Below are positions 53,287 through 64,000 of a stretch of 64,000 bases of DNA, piece after piece. Source of the DNA: Yuukianura sp. NJ FZ-2021 (taxonomy: Eukaryota); assembly GCA_046563655.1 (NCBI GenBank), contig CM102286.1, forward strand, positions 9,920,001-9,984,000, given 5' to 3'. Under the pieces are notes generated by a model. That model was given only the letters and a program-made list of their open reading frames with translations, had not been told where the DNA came from and ran no database searches. The translations under genes were made by a program, and so were the position numbers. The stretch's first letter is position 1. The number at the start of each line of letters is the position of its first letter.

Positions 53287-53662
53287 ATGGAGGATCAACC
53301 AGTGTTCAAAAGTGCTGAGCTGCTAGAAGTGGTAAGTTAGCAAGGTTTAACGGTCTTAATTTTTAACTACAATTTTAACTAATTAAGCTACATTACCGAA
53401 AATTGACACTTAATTAGCGCCACTTGTTTTTCAATAGGGAATCTCTGCTTCCCCTACAATGCCAGTAATAGGACCAACAAAGAAGAGACCTTTGCTAAGA
53501 AAGACTGAAACGAAAATAGTAAAGAAAACCAAGCTAATTGAGAATGGGACGGTCCGATTCTCTTTAGCAAGTGAGCCGATCATGTACCCAAAATTATCCA
53601 AAATGTACATTTGGATTACCATTGCATTTATTATTCGTGACAGCTCGTCCATTCTACGGTGA
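53287..53662 (+). other. Small two-exon ORF of unknown function (53287-53331, 53438-53662)
   Basis: ATG, GTAAGT donor and TTTCAATAG acceptor join in frame; basic TKKRPLLRK stretch; no recognisable domain. Confidence 0.35.
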
Positions 53663-54272
53663 AACATTGGAGAAGTTCTTGCAGCCGATCTGGATAAGCG
53701 AGGCGGCGAAGCCATATGCACAAGCCTATTAAAATAAAATTACTAGTATAACTTATAGTATTTTAAGTCTTAAGACGTCTGACTTCTCAAATCGAAAGTA
53801 AAAGTAGCACTTATCGTCCGGAGAGTAAAGCAATGAGACCATAAGTGTTAAAAATACTGTTAAAATAGCAAACAAGAATTAGTCATTCTTATGACGCATC
53901 AAGTAAGCAAATGAGTAATCTTGATCTAGGTCACTTATATATGCAAATTAGATTAAGAACAGGAATTGGTAAACTACTCTTTATACGATTTTTAGGTTGA
54001 GGTTAGCCACTCATACAAATAACGAAAGAGAAATTGTAATACGTTATTACGTCCTTTATCTTATCAGAACGCGACGTTTTTAATTAAGGTTATCTAGATG
54101 ACTAATATTAATGGTAGGTTATTTAGGTAGTATAAATACGGTCGCTCTAAGACACAGAATCAGTAGTACTTCGTAGAAGTTTGTATCAGTAGGAATTAAT
54201 TGTTAAATAAAGATCAACAAAATCCAAAGTTCATCGGGCTCAACAATAACTTTATTGAAGTTATTTTCAACA

Positions 54273-55030
54273 CGTTATCAGCACGAGACTACTTGAGAGC
54301 GTCCTTCCTCCACATCAAAGTATCGAGTCCGAAGTATCGAGGGTCATCACTAGTTTGGATGATGTCTGGTACAGGCATTAAGCTTGGAAATCCGTTGAAA
54401 GCTCCAAAAGGACAACGGGAAACTTATTGTTCAGGCTCAAGGCCTTCGAATTGGACCAGCCAAAAAAAGCAAAAGAATGAGGAAAGTGCTTCAAAGTCAT
54501 TCTACTCCAACGAGGGAAAGGCGGGAAAATTTAAAAATCAAAATCACAAAGACAAATCCAATGACATTTGTAAAATATGTTCCAAGAAGGGACATTGGGC
54601 TAGTGACTGCTTCTATAAAGAAGTTTCAGTTTCGCATAAACATATACCGAAAGGAACCAAAATTCATAAGTACGCGGGTACTTATAAAAGGGATCCGAAT
54701 TACAAACCATGTAAACAGACGAAAAAGGAAACCAGAGAGAAAAACGCCTATATGGTATGGCAAAGCGTGATCTATCTGAACAGTGGATCCACGATTTGGG
54801 AGCAGATTAGCATTACTGTGGGAACAAAGAGTGGTTCTCTGATTTCACAGTTTATGAAGAACCAAAAAGAATTTCTATAGCCAATAACTCATGCAGTTTT
54901 GCCGTAGGCTTTGGAACTGTCAAGGTCAATGCATTAATACAAAGAAAATGGGAAACAATTGAATTACAAAATGTTGATTACGTTCCACAAGGAGTGAATC
55001 TGGTTTCTGAAAACGTACTTTTGGAAATCC
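54273..55030 (+). mobile_element. Ty1/Copia remnant: PBS, gag zinc knuckle and protease
   Basis: ...TCAACA followed by CGTTATCAGCACGA; knuckle CKICSKKGHWASDC (54569-54610); frameshifted protease WIHDLGAD*HYCGNKEWF...ISIANN...AVGFGTV...LQNVDYVPQGVNLVS. Confidence 0.85.
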
Positions 55031-55365
55031 AGTACGCCAGGAGCGACACACATTTGTTGCTACGTGGGTTTGATGTCGTGAAGAAACGTTATGACTTCAA
55101 AAGTGAAAGTGTCAAGTAGTATGAGGTTGTCCAGTTGTGTAATAATTTGTGCTTAAAAGTGTACAAATTTAAGTCCTTGCTGTCAAAGAAAAGAAGTCAT
55201 TGCTGACATTACTTGTGCTTATTTGGTCCGGGAAGTGCCTAAAGGTAAGTGTGCAATTGAAATAGTGATTGGCAAAAATGTTTTGTCATCAGGTCATAGA
55301 TATGCTACTTGAGATTTGTGTGTCTACTAAAATTGTGGGGGAGTCACACAAGTTGCTCCTACAAC

Positions 55366-55620
55366 TTCTACAGTGCCTAAAGTTACTTTGGATTTATCAA
55401 TGTTTAATTGGGATACCCCAATTACTAAAGAAGATGTAAAAAGAATGGAAGGGGAAGTTGGTCAGTCAACTTCCAAAAGTATTACTATTTGTTCTACAGT
55501 ACTAAAAGTGACATTGGATTTGTCTTATTTTCGAATGGGATACGCCAGTCACCAGAGAAGATGTGCACAGGATGGAGGCGGAAGCTGTACAATCAACTTC
55601 CAAAAATGTAAATATTTGTG
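55366..55620 (+). repeat. Two diverged tandem copies of a 126-bp coding-like unit
   Basis: Units start with TTCTACAGT at 55366 and 55492; each encodes STVxKVTLDLS...WDTPxTxEDVxRMExE...STSK (second copy frameshifted). Confidence 0.75.
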
Positions 55621-57087
55621 CTCCTGTGCCTGTTGATGTTGATGGTTTATCGGATGTCTTCGATCTGTCGGACCATTTCTGATCACCCAAGGTGGGTTCT
55701 ATTGTGGCCGATCAGGTCACTTAGAGCCCACGGAGGCACCTTCGGGAGGGGACCACCGCGAGAGGTTGTTAGTAGCGTATCAGTATAACATATCCCATTT
55801 TGCTTTATCTTTTCGCTTCCAGAATAATATGTTCCATCGAATGCTCAATCCATCTAGAAAAAACAATATTTTCTCACAATACTGTTGCCGTAGGCTAGGG
55901 ATAGTACATCGCTATTTTCTTGTTACTACTCTCGAATATGGTCAGAAGCTTTTCAATGCCTTATATTGGCCACGGAAACGTGAAATTGATAGCCAGCGAT
56001 GCATCTCGCGATGATGATCATGAGGTAGACTGAATCACTGCATCGGCGATGCGACCAAAACCCTGAATCGCGGCATCCCATTCTGTTGTTCTCACAATTA
56101 CGTCCTGAGTCTTAATTTTCCCAATCATAGATCTTTTTCGCAAGTATTCTATATTTCTCAAAATCCGTACTAAAATCCTAGAAAATACTCCATATCCTCT
56201 ATTCCTATTCTATATTTCCTATAAGTGAGTTGCAATTACTCTCTGCTCTATTGATTGAAATAATTTTATTTTTTCATTGATAGGGAGTACATCGATAAGA
56301 TACTTCTAAACGTGAATCCATGTTTACCGCGATTGATGATGCTAGAGAAAAAGTGCATTGCAGTTTACCATTGGAAATTGACGAGGAAGATATGGAAGAT
56401 TTTAATTGCTATAGCCCGAGGAAGCTTCTGGAGCAAATTGGCAGTAATTCAGTTGAAGTTGTAATTAACAAAAATTTGTAATAAATGGAAACTAATTGCA
56501 AATTGACATTGACAAGGAACTGAGATTCTTACTGTGAAACGTCAAGGACGCCATGCGAAATCAGTCTCGGCGAAATTCTTGCACTTTTACTTTTGCTTGT
56601 AGGTTCGATTTGTTTGTTTGTTTTCATTTTCAAAACTGATTTGGTAAAAAGAAACTGCTTCTATGAATCGTAGTAAAACTAACAATGCAGTAAAATTCCA
56701 AAAAGTAGTCACCGTCGCATGACTACTACTAAAAACAAACTTGACCTTTATGTCAAATTTGTATACATGACCTACTTGCACTTTCAGAGTGCATGAGAAA
56801 ATGATGGCTAGACAGTTCTCCATCTCATCTCTTATCTTACGCTGTTGAGTTTTTGATATGTCAAAGATCACTTGACATAAAAGATGCATCTTACGTTGTG
56901 TAGCATATGTAAGACTTTGTAGTTACACTAAATTTCTACGACTTTCGTCTCTCACATAAATCGATTTAATATATTGATTTTGAGATCAACACAGATTTTG
57001 ATTTCAAACTTAGTTAAGTTTAAAGAAAACTGAAGAAAGATCCTTTCCAGAAAATAGTTCAAAAAATACCTTGTTTATTTGTGAACC

Positions 57088-58707
57088 ATGACAATAATTT
57101 ATGGAATCTGCCTTGGGAACATCTTGCGGGCAGGTGAAACGTTGTGGGTAATTAATTGCTCACACGTGTTTACAAGTAAGAAACAAAATTATTTTTGAAC
57201 CTTTTTTTTTAAACATTTAAAAAATTTTAGTTTTCTTTGTTTCCAAAAAAAATTTATGTTGTTTGTATGAAATTTTTACTTTGTTCTTAATGTTTTAAGA
57301 CGATGCCTAATACAAACAAATCAGTGTGGCATCTTCGAAAAAGAAAAGGAAGGTCGTGTCGGTGTCAAGGCAGAAAGGAGACCTTACGTCAAACCGGAAA
57401 AATTTGAGTAAGTTTTGACAAAGTTTAGTACCTATTTCTTAATCATTTGTATTTTTTTTTGGTTTTAGACGACAATGTCCATTATGTTTGACACCGATGA
57501 CCTTCAAGCCGGAAACAAATGAGACTTCTGCCTCCGTTGAGGGCATGCGCATAATTCTAAGCGAGGATGAAACTCCACGCCCAAGGTATTATGACGAAAA
57601 ATTAATTTAAAATTTTAGCAAAAAATTGGAGAGTGACAGTTTATCTTATGTTTTTTGTTACTAGAACCCCACCACCTCCACCGCCACCGCCCCCTTCCAC
57701 TGCGCATGCCTGGACATCGACGGGCTCGACATCCCATCACTTTTGGAATCCAGGTAAGCAAATTTTTTTCAGAGAAAATTCGGATTAGAATGTAAAAAAC
57801 TTATTTTGGTTTAATTTTTATTTTTTTAGATGTATCCGCAAACAACCAAACTACTGCGGGTTGGTTGAAGAAAAAGTGCGACTGCAGCAAATGAAGTTTT
57901 TTTCAGAAAAGAAACGTTCGGATGAAACCGAGGCTGCGCTTTCAGATGTTTTGTTGAAAACCACAATCTAAATTGCTGTACCTTTGATTCCGGGCCGCTT
58001 AGGGTAGGTTAGTTATTAATATAACCTTTTAGCAACTTTGTGTGAGGACAAATTCCAAGGTGGAATTTGTCCACTTAGCACCTTTTACTTTCTGTTTCTC
58101 TGCTACCGTTACTAGGCCAAGATCCAATTTGAAACCTTGTAGGCGTTATAAATAGGTTTGATCTAAATAAACTTAGTTAGTACTCTTTCAGAAGTCACCT
58201 TGTACTAATAACGTTTATTTCAACATGTTTTAAATCAACTTCCAAGGCAACCGAAGCGACGTGGAATTCACTCCGGTTGGGATATGAACCGAACTAATCC
58301 AGAACAATCAATTCCGCCCCTTGCATCTAGGATGTCACGGAATTCGGAACAACCAACTGCAGGGCCGTCACGTAATTTGCCACAGCCAAGTGTAGGGCCG
58401 TCACTAATTCAACACAGCCAACTGTAGGGCCGTCACGTAATTCACCACAGGCAACTGTAGGGCCGTCACGCAATTCACCACAGCCAACTTCATAGCCGTC
58501 ACGGAACTCGCAACAGCCAAATGCAGGGCCGTCACCGAATTTGCCACAACCAACTGCTGGGCCGTCACGGAATTTAGTGCGACCAACTGCCGAGTCGTCG
58601 GGAGCTGTTCAGGATTTGTCTGCTCCAGAACTTCAGCTGAGATTGACACTCTCACAGAAGAAATTAATTTCTACTACATTGATTCGGGAGATGAGGAGGA
58701 GCATTAA
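57088..58707 (+). pseudogene. Spliced RING(-H2)-finger gene with a proline run and repeat tail, disrupted
   Basis: Exons 57088-57175, 57300-57407, 57469-57585, 57665-57752, 57830-? and ~58247-58707 give YGICL...CSHVF / RCL...CPLC. The first Cys reads Tyr, exon 1 is one base short of the needed phase, and there are later stops. Confidence 0.7.
58350..58600 (+). repeat. 33-bp minisatellite (~7.5 copies) encoding QPTAGPSRNxP
   Basis: CA(A/G)CCAACTG(C/T)AGGGCCGTCACG.AATT.... units; one unit is 32 bp and one carries a TAG. Confidence 0.9.
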
Positions 58708-59205
58708 CCATTAGTTTGTATATTTTGAAATTCTGATCTAAATTTAAAAACAAAATTAATTTGAATTTAGCATTTACATATGAGTTTGGGAAGTTTTAGG
58801 AACAGTGTAGAAATGGTAAGACAATAAGCTGTGTTGTTGTACTTATGATTTTGACGACATCTTAATATCAATGATGAAGTTAAATCCGGACTTTGATGAA
58901 AACTTTATTTCATATTCTAGTCAGAAGACTACTGCCCTAGTGGAGTAGGTGCTCGCTGTTGATTCATTGAAACTAGCCTTCTGCTTTGTAGTTTTGAGTT
59001 CGAACACTTCTTCTCACACATTTGTATGAAGAAGGGTAACATTTTTCACAGCTCAGTTGCTTCCCAATACTTCACAAACAAGTTTCCTCTAAGTAAATTT
59101 TTTGAAAACTACTTGTTAAGAAGTTGAGGTTTGTTGTTTACCACACAAAAAGTCGAGACACACCCTTTTGGAAAATACTTGATTACATTCTTGTGATTAA
59201 TCAAA

Positions 59206-59855
59206 ATGAACGGTTTACGAAATGAGGTAAGATTACTTTTGAGTTTTGATAATGTTGCTTACTAATTACAATTTATTGCTTGTTGTGACGTTTTGACTAT
59301 TTTGCAACAGATTTTGGGACTGATTATGAGGAAACTGGACAACAAGCACTTGTGCAATCTGAGGGAAACTTCTCCAAGATTCAAAAATGTCGTCCATAGT
59401 GTTGTTGCCTTCGATGTTGATATTGCTGGATCTGGTATTAGGATTGACTTAATCCTCCCTCAAGGAACCTTAGGATTCGGTCTCTAACCCTTAGGCTTTT
59501 TGAAAGTAAACCCGATTTGGAGGATGTTTCTGACTTTCCTGAGCTGAAGAAAATCGAAAATGTTCCCGAAATTATATTTCTTGAAGTGCGACACGTCCCT
59601 ATTACTAGAAAATTTCTTACACGATGCAAGTCCCAAACACCCATCATGTTCAACTACAACCACCAGTATGAGAATTTATTTGAGGCGAGTGAAAACGTTG
59701 CATACGAAACTGTGTTTAAACGATTTAAGAAGTTGAAGTGTTTGAAGATTCGTAGGAAGACTGACACTGACCAACAGCACATTCCAACAATATTCCGGGC
59801 TGTTAGTGGCGAACTTACTCCTTTGGACCCCGATTGTGTTTTAGGTAGTCGCTAG
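59206..59855 (+). pseudogene. F-box protein gene, frameshifted and truncated (exons 59206-59226, 59311-)
   Basis: The spliced N-terminus MNGLRNE|ILGLIMRKLDNKHLCNLRETSPRFKNVV fits the F-box consensus. The frame shifts near 59480 into ORF 59517-59855. Confidence 0.7.
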
Positions 59856-60054
59856 GGAGAAGGGTCAAGATTTTAGTAAAACGCCGAAATGGCGTCGGGG
59901 GAGGTACGGGGAGTACAACATTTGATTGGGTAGTTCAAGAGCCTCAGGGGTCACACGGGGCTGAAATTTTCCCTTAAAACGGCCCGAATTCGAGATCCAG
60001 TCCCCAGTACTTTCCCAATTTTACAAGGGCCAACTAAACCAAAGCAGCTCGAAA

Positions 60055-60753
60055 ATGGGAAGAAATAGCGCTGGTGAGTATTTACAAGTGACATTAAAGT
60101 TTCTTTTTGGATTTTATTCTTTTAAAATATTTTCAGAAGTTCCGACCCAAAAGGTGGGAGCGTTTAGAAGACGCTTGGACTTTGATGACGTATATGAAGT
60201 CACCCCGGCCGTCAGAAGTCGACGGGCCATCGACTTGTTGACCGACGTCGCGACTCCGGGTGGACAGACGTTGTAGAGGGAGACCGACGCAGACTACGTT
60301 TATTTTCACTGAAGCATTCTCAGGCTTACCCATGAGTTATGTCAAAAAGGCAAAGCAACTGGAGCTTGGGCCAAAGAATGCGCAAGCGTTCTTTGTGAAT
60401 TGGGGCTGGTGGAAAAGTGCGGAACTTCTACTACGTTTTACGCTCGGCTTGGATTTGATCCATTTTCTCAAAGTAAGAAATGAAAAACAATGATTGGTTT
60501 CAGCTCATAGTTTTGACCTTTAGTCTATTTTTTTCTTACAGCAATGAAGATTTACATCCAAAAGCTAAACTCTAATGCGAGCCCAACGATCCTTGGAATC
60601 CTTTCGCGATGTTGGTATGGTCCTGGATCAAATCAAATCCACTTTGGCTGAGATTGATGAGTCTGCGAAGGCTGGAGCTCCCTTATTCAAGTACGAGCCG
60701 GGAACCCTGATTGAGCCCAAAGAGCTCTCATTCTGGACACACTACGACGCCTG
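60055..60753 (+). pseudogene. Decayed three-exon gene fragment of unknown identity
   Basis: ATG at 60055, donors GTGAGT and GTAAGA, acceptors TTTTCAG and TTACAG; in-frame stops in exon 2. Confidence 0.4.
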
Positions 60754-61339
60754 ATACAGCAAAACAATGCGATTTAGAATGCGCTTTATCAACGTCCGCA
60801 GATATCGATATTTTTCTACCTAAAATCTCCCAGCGACAATTCAAAGTCTGATGGCTATTTTGGGCCAAAGTTAACGTTTTGTCGGAGAGACATTGACGGT
60901 TTTGTGAAAATAATGCAAAACATCATTGCTAAGGTTGACCTTGAAGATTTGTAGAGAGAAAAGAATTTTTCAATAAATGTGTGGCTAGTAGCCACTCTTT
61001 GCTCTTCACGGTTTAAGATGCATTTTTTTTGCCTCGTCGTCTACAGTATTTAAAGTCTGCAGTTTCTGAAGTTTTGCATTAGATCACTTCTCAATTCACA
61101 GTCTAAAAGTTTCAGAGAAAAAAATGGAAATGGGATCCGTAGTATCCAGACCTTATGAGCAAGACGACTGGGACGCGGCGACGTAGGCTAATTCTGGATG
61201 CCTACTCTACGGTCGACCGCCTCAGAGCTGCACGGAACAACTTGGGACAGCGCGCAACTCCGAGCTACTAGAGGCAGGAAGAACAGGATACCATAGAGAA
61301 GATAGATGCCACTTACGAATATCGGAAGTACTTGAAACA

Positions 61340-61650
61340 GTAGTGTGTTCTATCGCAAACGAGGATGGCATGTTAGGAGCCTGCAGGACATGCCCCATGG
61401 AGAATAGTGTTGACCTTTTGTTTCAAAGAATTGAAGATGCAGAACAAGTTACTTTACTTACTTCCGGTGGACAAGAACGGACGGAACACTGCTGCTGAAA
61501 GACAGCAAGGAATTGACGGAATTTAAGACTGTTGTGAAAGCAGCTATTCCAAAAATGCTGAAGCACCACTTCATCAACGAGAAACAGAAAAACTTCATTT
61601 CTTCGATTAAGTTGAAACTACAGGATGCAGACGCTGTATTTGTTATGGTA
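61340..61650 (+). mobile_element. DDE DNA-transposase fragment (resembles the region just upstream of the DFxENY catalytic motif of Sola2-type transposases)
   Basis: MLGACRTCP...V.Y.RW...EFKTVVKAAIPKMLKHHFINEKQKNFISSIKLKLQDADAVFVM, frameshifted and broken off where the catalytic Asp would follow. Family assigned from memory of the motif. Confidence 0.45.
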
Positions 61651-61863
61651 GTCACGTTGTGCAATATAGTTACAGAACCACCTCTCAAATACAGACTAAC
61701 CTTTGAGAAGGTAGCGACAAAGACAAAGTTCCATCTTATTTTTTGTGTGTCGAGGTCATGGTGGGAAAGGGTTGTGGGGGATGCATTTTTATTTGACTCA
61801 ACATCCACAGAATCCTCAACTTCAGAATCCCGATGAAACCGTCTATCAGCTAGTGGAATTGAG

Positions 61864-63218
61864 ATGGAAAGTCCCGTAAGTCCCATCTCATGCTCTACGG
61901 GCTTAACTGAGATTACTACTAACAAATATGCAATTGTTTTCATTGATCATTGCACTAGATACGCTGAAGCATGCGCGATTCCAGCCGGTACTGCAAAAGA
62001 AGCAGTCCAGGCAATCAAAAACAAAATAATGTTGAAACATTTTTTCCCAAAAGAATTTGTTCTTGATCAAGAAAGGCAATTAATTGCAAATTTGACAAAA
62101 CAATTTAGCTTTAAGCTGGAATTTACATCCCCATACCATCCAATAGCAAATGGCATGATGGAACGCTGCAATAAGACACTTAAGAACGGAATTGCAAAAA
62201 CCGTTGATGAAAATCAAAAGAATTGGGATTTATGTTTGGAAAGAGCAACATTTGCTTATAATGTCCAAAAGCATTTTTCAACGGAATTTTCCCCTTTTAT
62301 TTGTTATTTGGCAGAGGAGCTACTTTGCTAATAGACATTGACCTGCCGAACTTTGATTCCGATCAAGAGTTCGATTTGGAAAAATTAAATCAGCATACGC
62401 ATGAAGCTCAGTTAAATTCTCATAAAAATCATGAGAAAAACAAATCCAGAGACAATAAGACTCGGAAGGAACAAAAATTTCAGATAGGCGAATTGGTCAT
62501 CAGATCTAAGCCAATTCTGAAAAAGGATCTTAGTAAAGTGTATATTGCTCAAAAAGATGGGCCTTATAAAATAATTAGCGAAACTAGTGAGGTTAATTAT
62601 AAAATTAAAAAATTAAACAGTCGTTCCAAGAATGTAATTGTTCATGTACGAGATTTGGAACATTATCACTCTGAATTTTTGCCGACTTCTGACAGTGAAA
62701 GTGAAAGTGATCATGTCAGGGAAGTAGAAAGGAAAATTATGATCAGTGGTAACAATGGGGCTAGTGGAGTCCACATTACACCTTGTAGTCTGAGAAAGAA
62801 GGATAAGAGTAGTACTGTTTCTTCTCCCCCTTCTAGTTTTCGTCACTCAGCTGTCAATGTAAAAAGTAAAACAGAGTCAACGTCTAATAAGCAAATTAGT
62901 TCCGGCACTAAATCGCAGATTAGTGCGAAAAGTTACAGTTCCAACTCTAGGTCATTGTCCCGACATGCAAATCTTGCAAATAGTAGTGACAGTGAAGCCA
63001 GTTATGGTAGTGTGAGTCATCTGTCGGTTATAAAAACGACGAACAATGCACGGAGTCGTGTCATTTCATCTTCGTCCTCTTCTGAAGAAGAAACTCCGCT
63101 ACCTCCGGTTCAACCTCCGACAAAGGCCAATACTCCAACCAGAAGGTCAACAAGGCCCGGCACAGTTTCGACAAAGTATGGAGTCCCACTCTTAGTCTAT
63201 GGAGACGGAGACGGATGA
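61864..63218 (+). mobile_element. Gypsy-type integrase remnant with GPY/F domain and Ser-rich tail (frameshift ~62300)
   Basis: KYAIVFIDHCTRYAEA, PKEFVLDQ, TSPYHPIANGMMERCNKTLK, NWD, FAYN, STEFSPF/LLFGR, FQIGELV, DGPYKI, VHVRDL and TRRSTR. Confidence 0.9.
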
Positions 63219-63659
63219 GCTCTTACTTCAGATTGATAATGAAGTTGCCGGTAAGCTCTAAATGACCTTTCACCTGCATTTTGTCCATGTCTCCTCTCCT
63301 GTCTCAAACAATTCAATTTATTTTTTACATAATACTAATTCCAAATTTATTTTTATTTTTCAGATCAAATGCGTACCCTGCAGATGACCCAATCAGCTCC
63401 TTCACCTACAACCTCTACTTCATCAAAGGACTCTATCAACTCTACATCTTCGACCATTCCATTACTACTGAATTCGAACCCACCGGACGGTCGAACCGAG
63501 CTTGGTTCCGGTTTTTCTGCATGGAATATACCGGAGAAGCGGAAGAAAACATCTACTCCATCGGTATCTCCACTGGCAAATTACGATGTATCACAACATC
63601 GTCGACACAATTTCGCTCGTGTGAGTATTTCAAGGCCACCACCTCGAAGACCCTCATAA
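63199..63659 (+). other. Two-exon Ser/Thr/Pro-rich ORF overlapping the integrase stop (63199-63250, 63364-63659)
   Basis: METETDELLLQIDNEVA|DQMRTLQ...; GTAAGC donor and TTTTCAG acceptor are in phase. Confidence 0.4.
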
Positions 63660-64000
63660 GCAGCAATAAAAACTAAAGTCTACTGGATGAGCGATCCTGG
63701 TCTTGACAAACCCTCGCGACATTCGAGCTACTCTTGCGGCGATGGCGCCGAAAACGTCTGCAAGACGTCGACCCAGGACCTGCTTCATTTGTAACCAGTG
63801 CGGCCACAAAAAGAAGCACTGTCCGAACTTCCGAGTCTATCGCAATCCAAGTGAATTGCCTTCGTAAGAAGGGAGGATTGAGACGAAGTCAACGGCCTTC
63901 AATTTTTCTGTTAGATTTCTTGGGCTTTTGTCTTAGTCTCAACTTTTGCAAAATCTAGTTACACTCCAAAATTAGCTTCTTTCTTAGCTTCTAAGAATAA

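Larger units (their letters stand above)
51529..56251. mobile_element. Pair of inverted repeats enclosing ~4.7 kb of mixed fragments (possible DNA transposon boundaries)
   Basis: ATAGAATAGAGAGTAATTGCAACTCACTT at the left; AAGTGAGTTGCAATTACTCTCTGCTCTAT at the right. No TSD found. Confidence 0.55.

Noticed and set aside
54200..54880. 226-aa ORF as a host zinc-finger gene
   Set aside because: It runs across the LTR end, PBS and Copia gag knuckle of an internally deleted element.
60803..60810. DRE motif TATCGATA
   Set aside because: Single 8-mer with no supported intact gene start nearby.

Overview
Eukaryotic, intron-rich genomic DNA. It is most likely from an arthropod (inference from TTAGG-type motifs, 60-90 nt introns and gene content). 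From left to right: the 3' part of an EFHC2-like axonemal gene (+), with an apparent 1-nt frameshift in a C run; SART1/Snu66 (-); a ~4.3 kb stack of nested non-autonomous DNA transposons with readable TIRs and TSDs between the divergent 5' ends of SART1 and DPAGT1; DPAGT1 (+); and a long KIF26/Vab-8-like gene (-) with a degenerate motor, whose 5' exons reach 32.7 kb and possibly 46.6 kb. From ~50 kb to the end is a patchwork of MITEs, Gypsy, Copia and DDE-transposase remnants, plus decayed spliced genes including an adjacent RING-finger and F-box pair. Nearly all coding remnants in that block lie on the + strand. No CRISPR, rRNA or tRNA genes were recognised. Exon boundaries were read by eye, and family assignments come from remembered motifs, not database searches.
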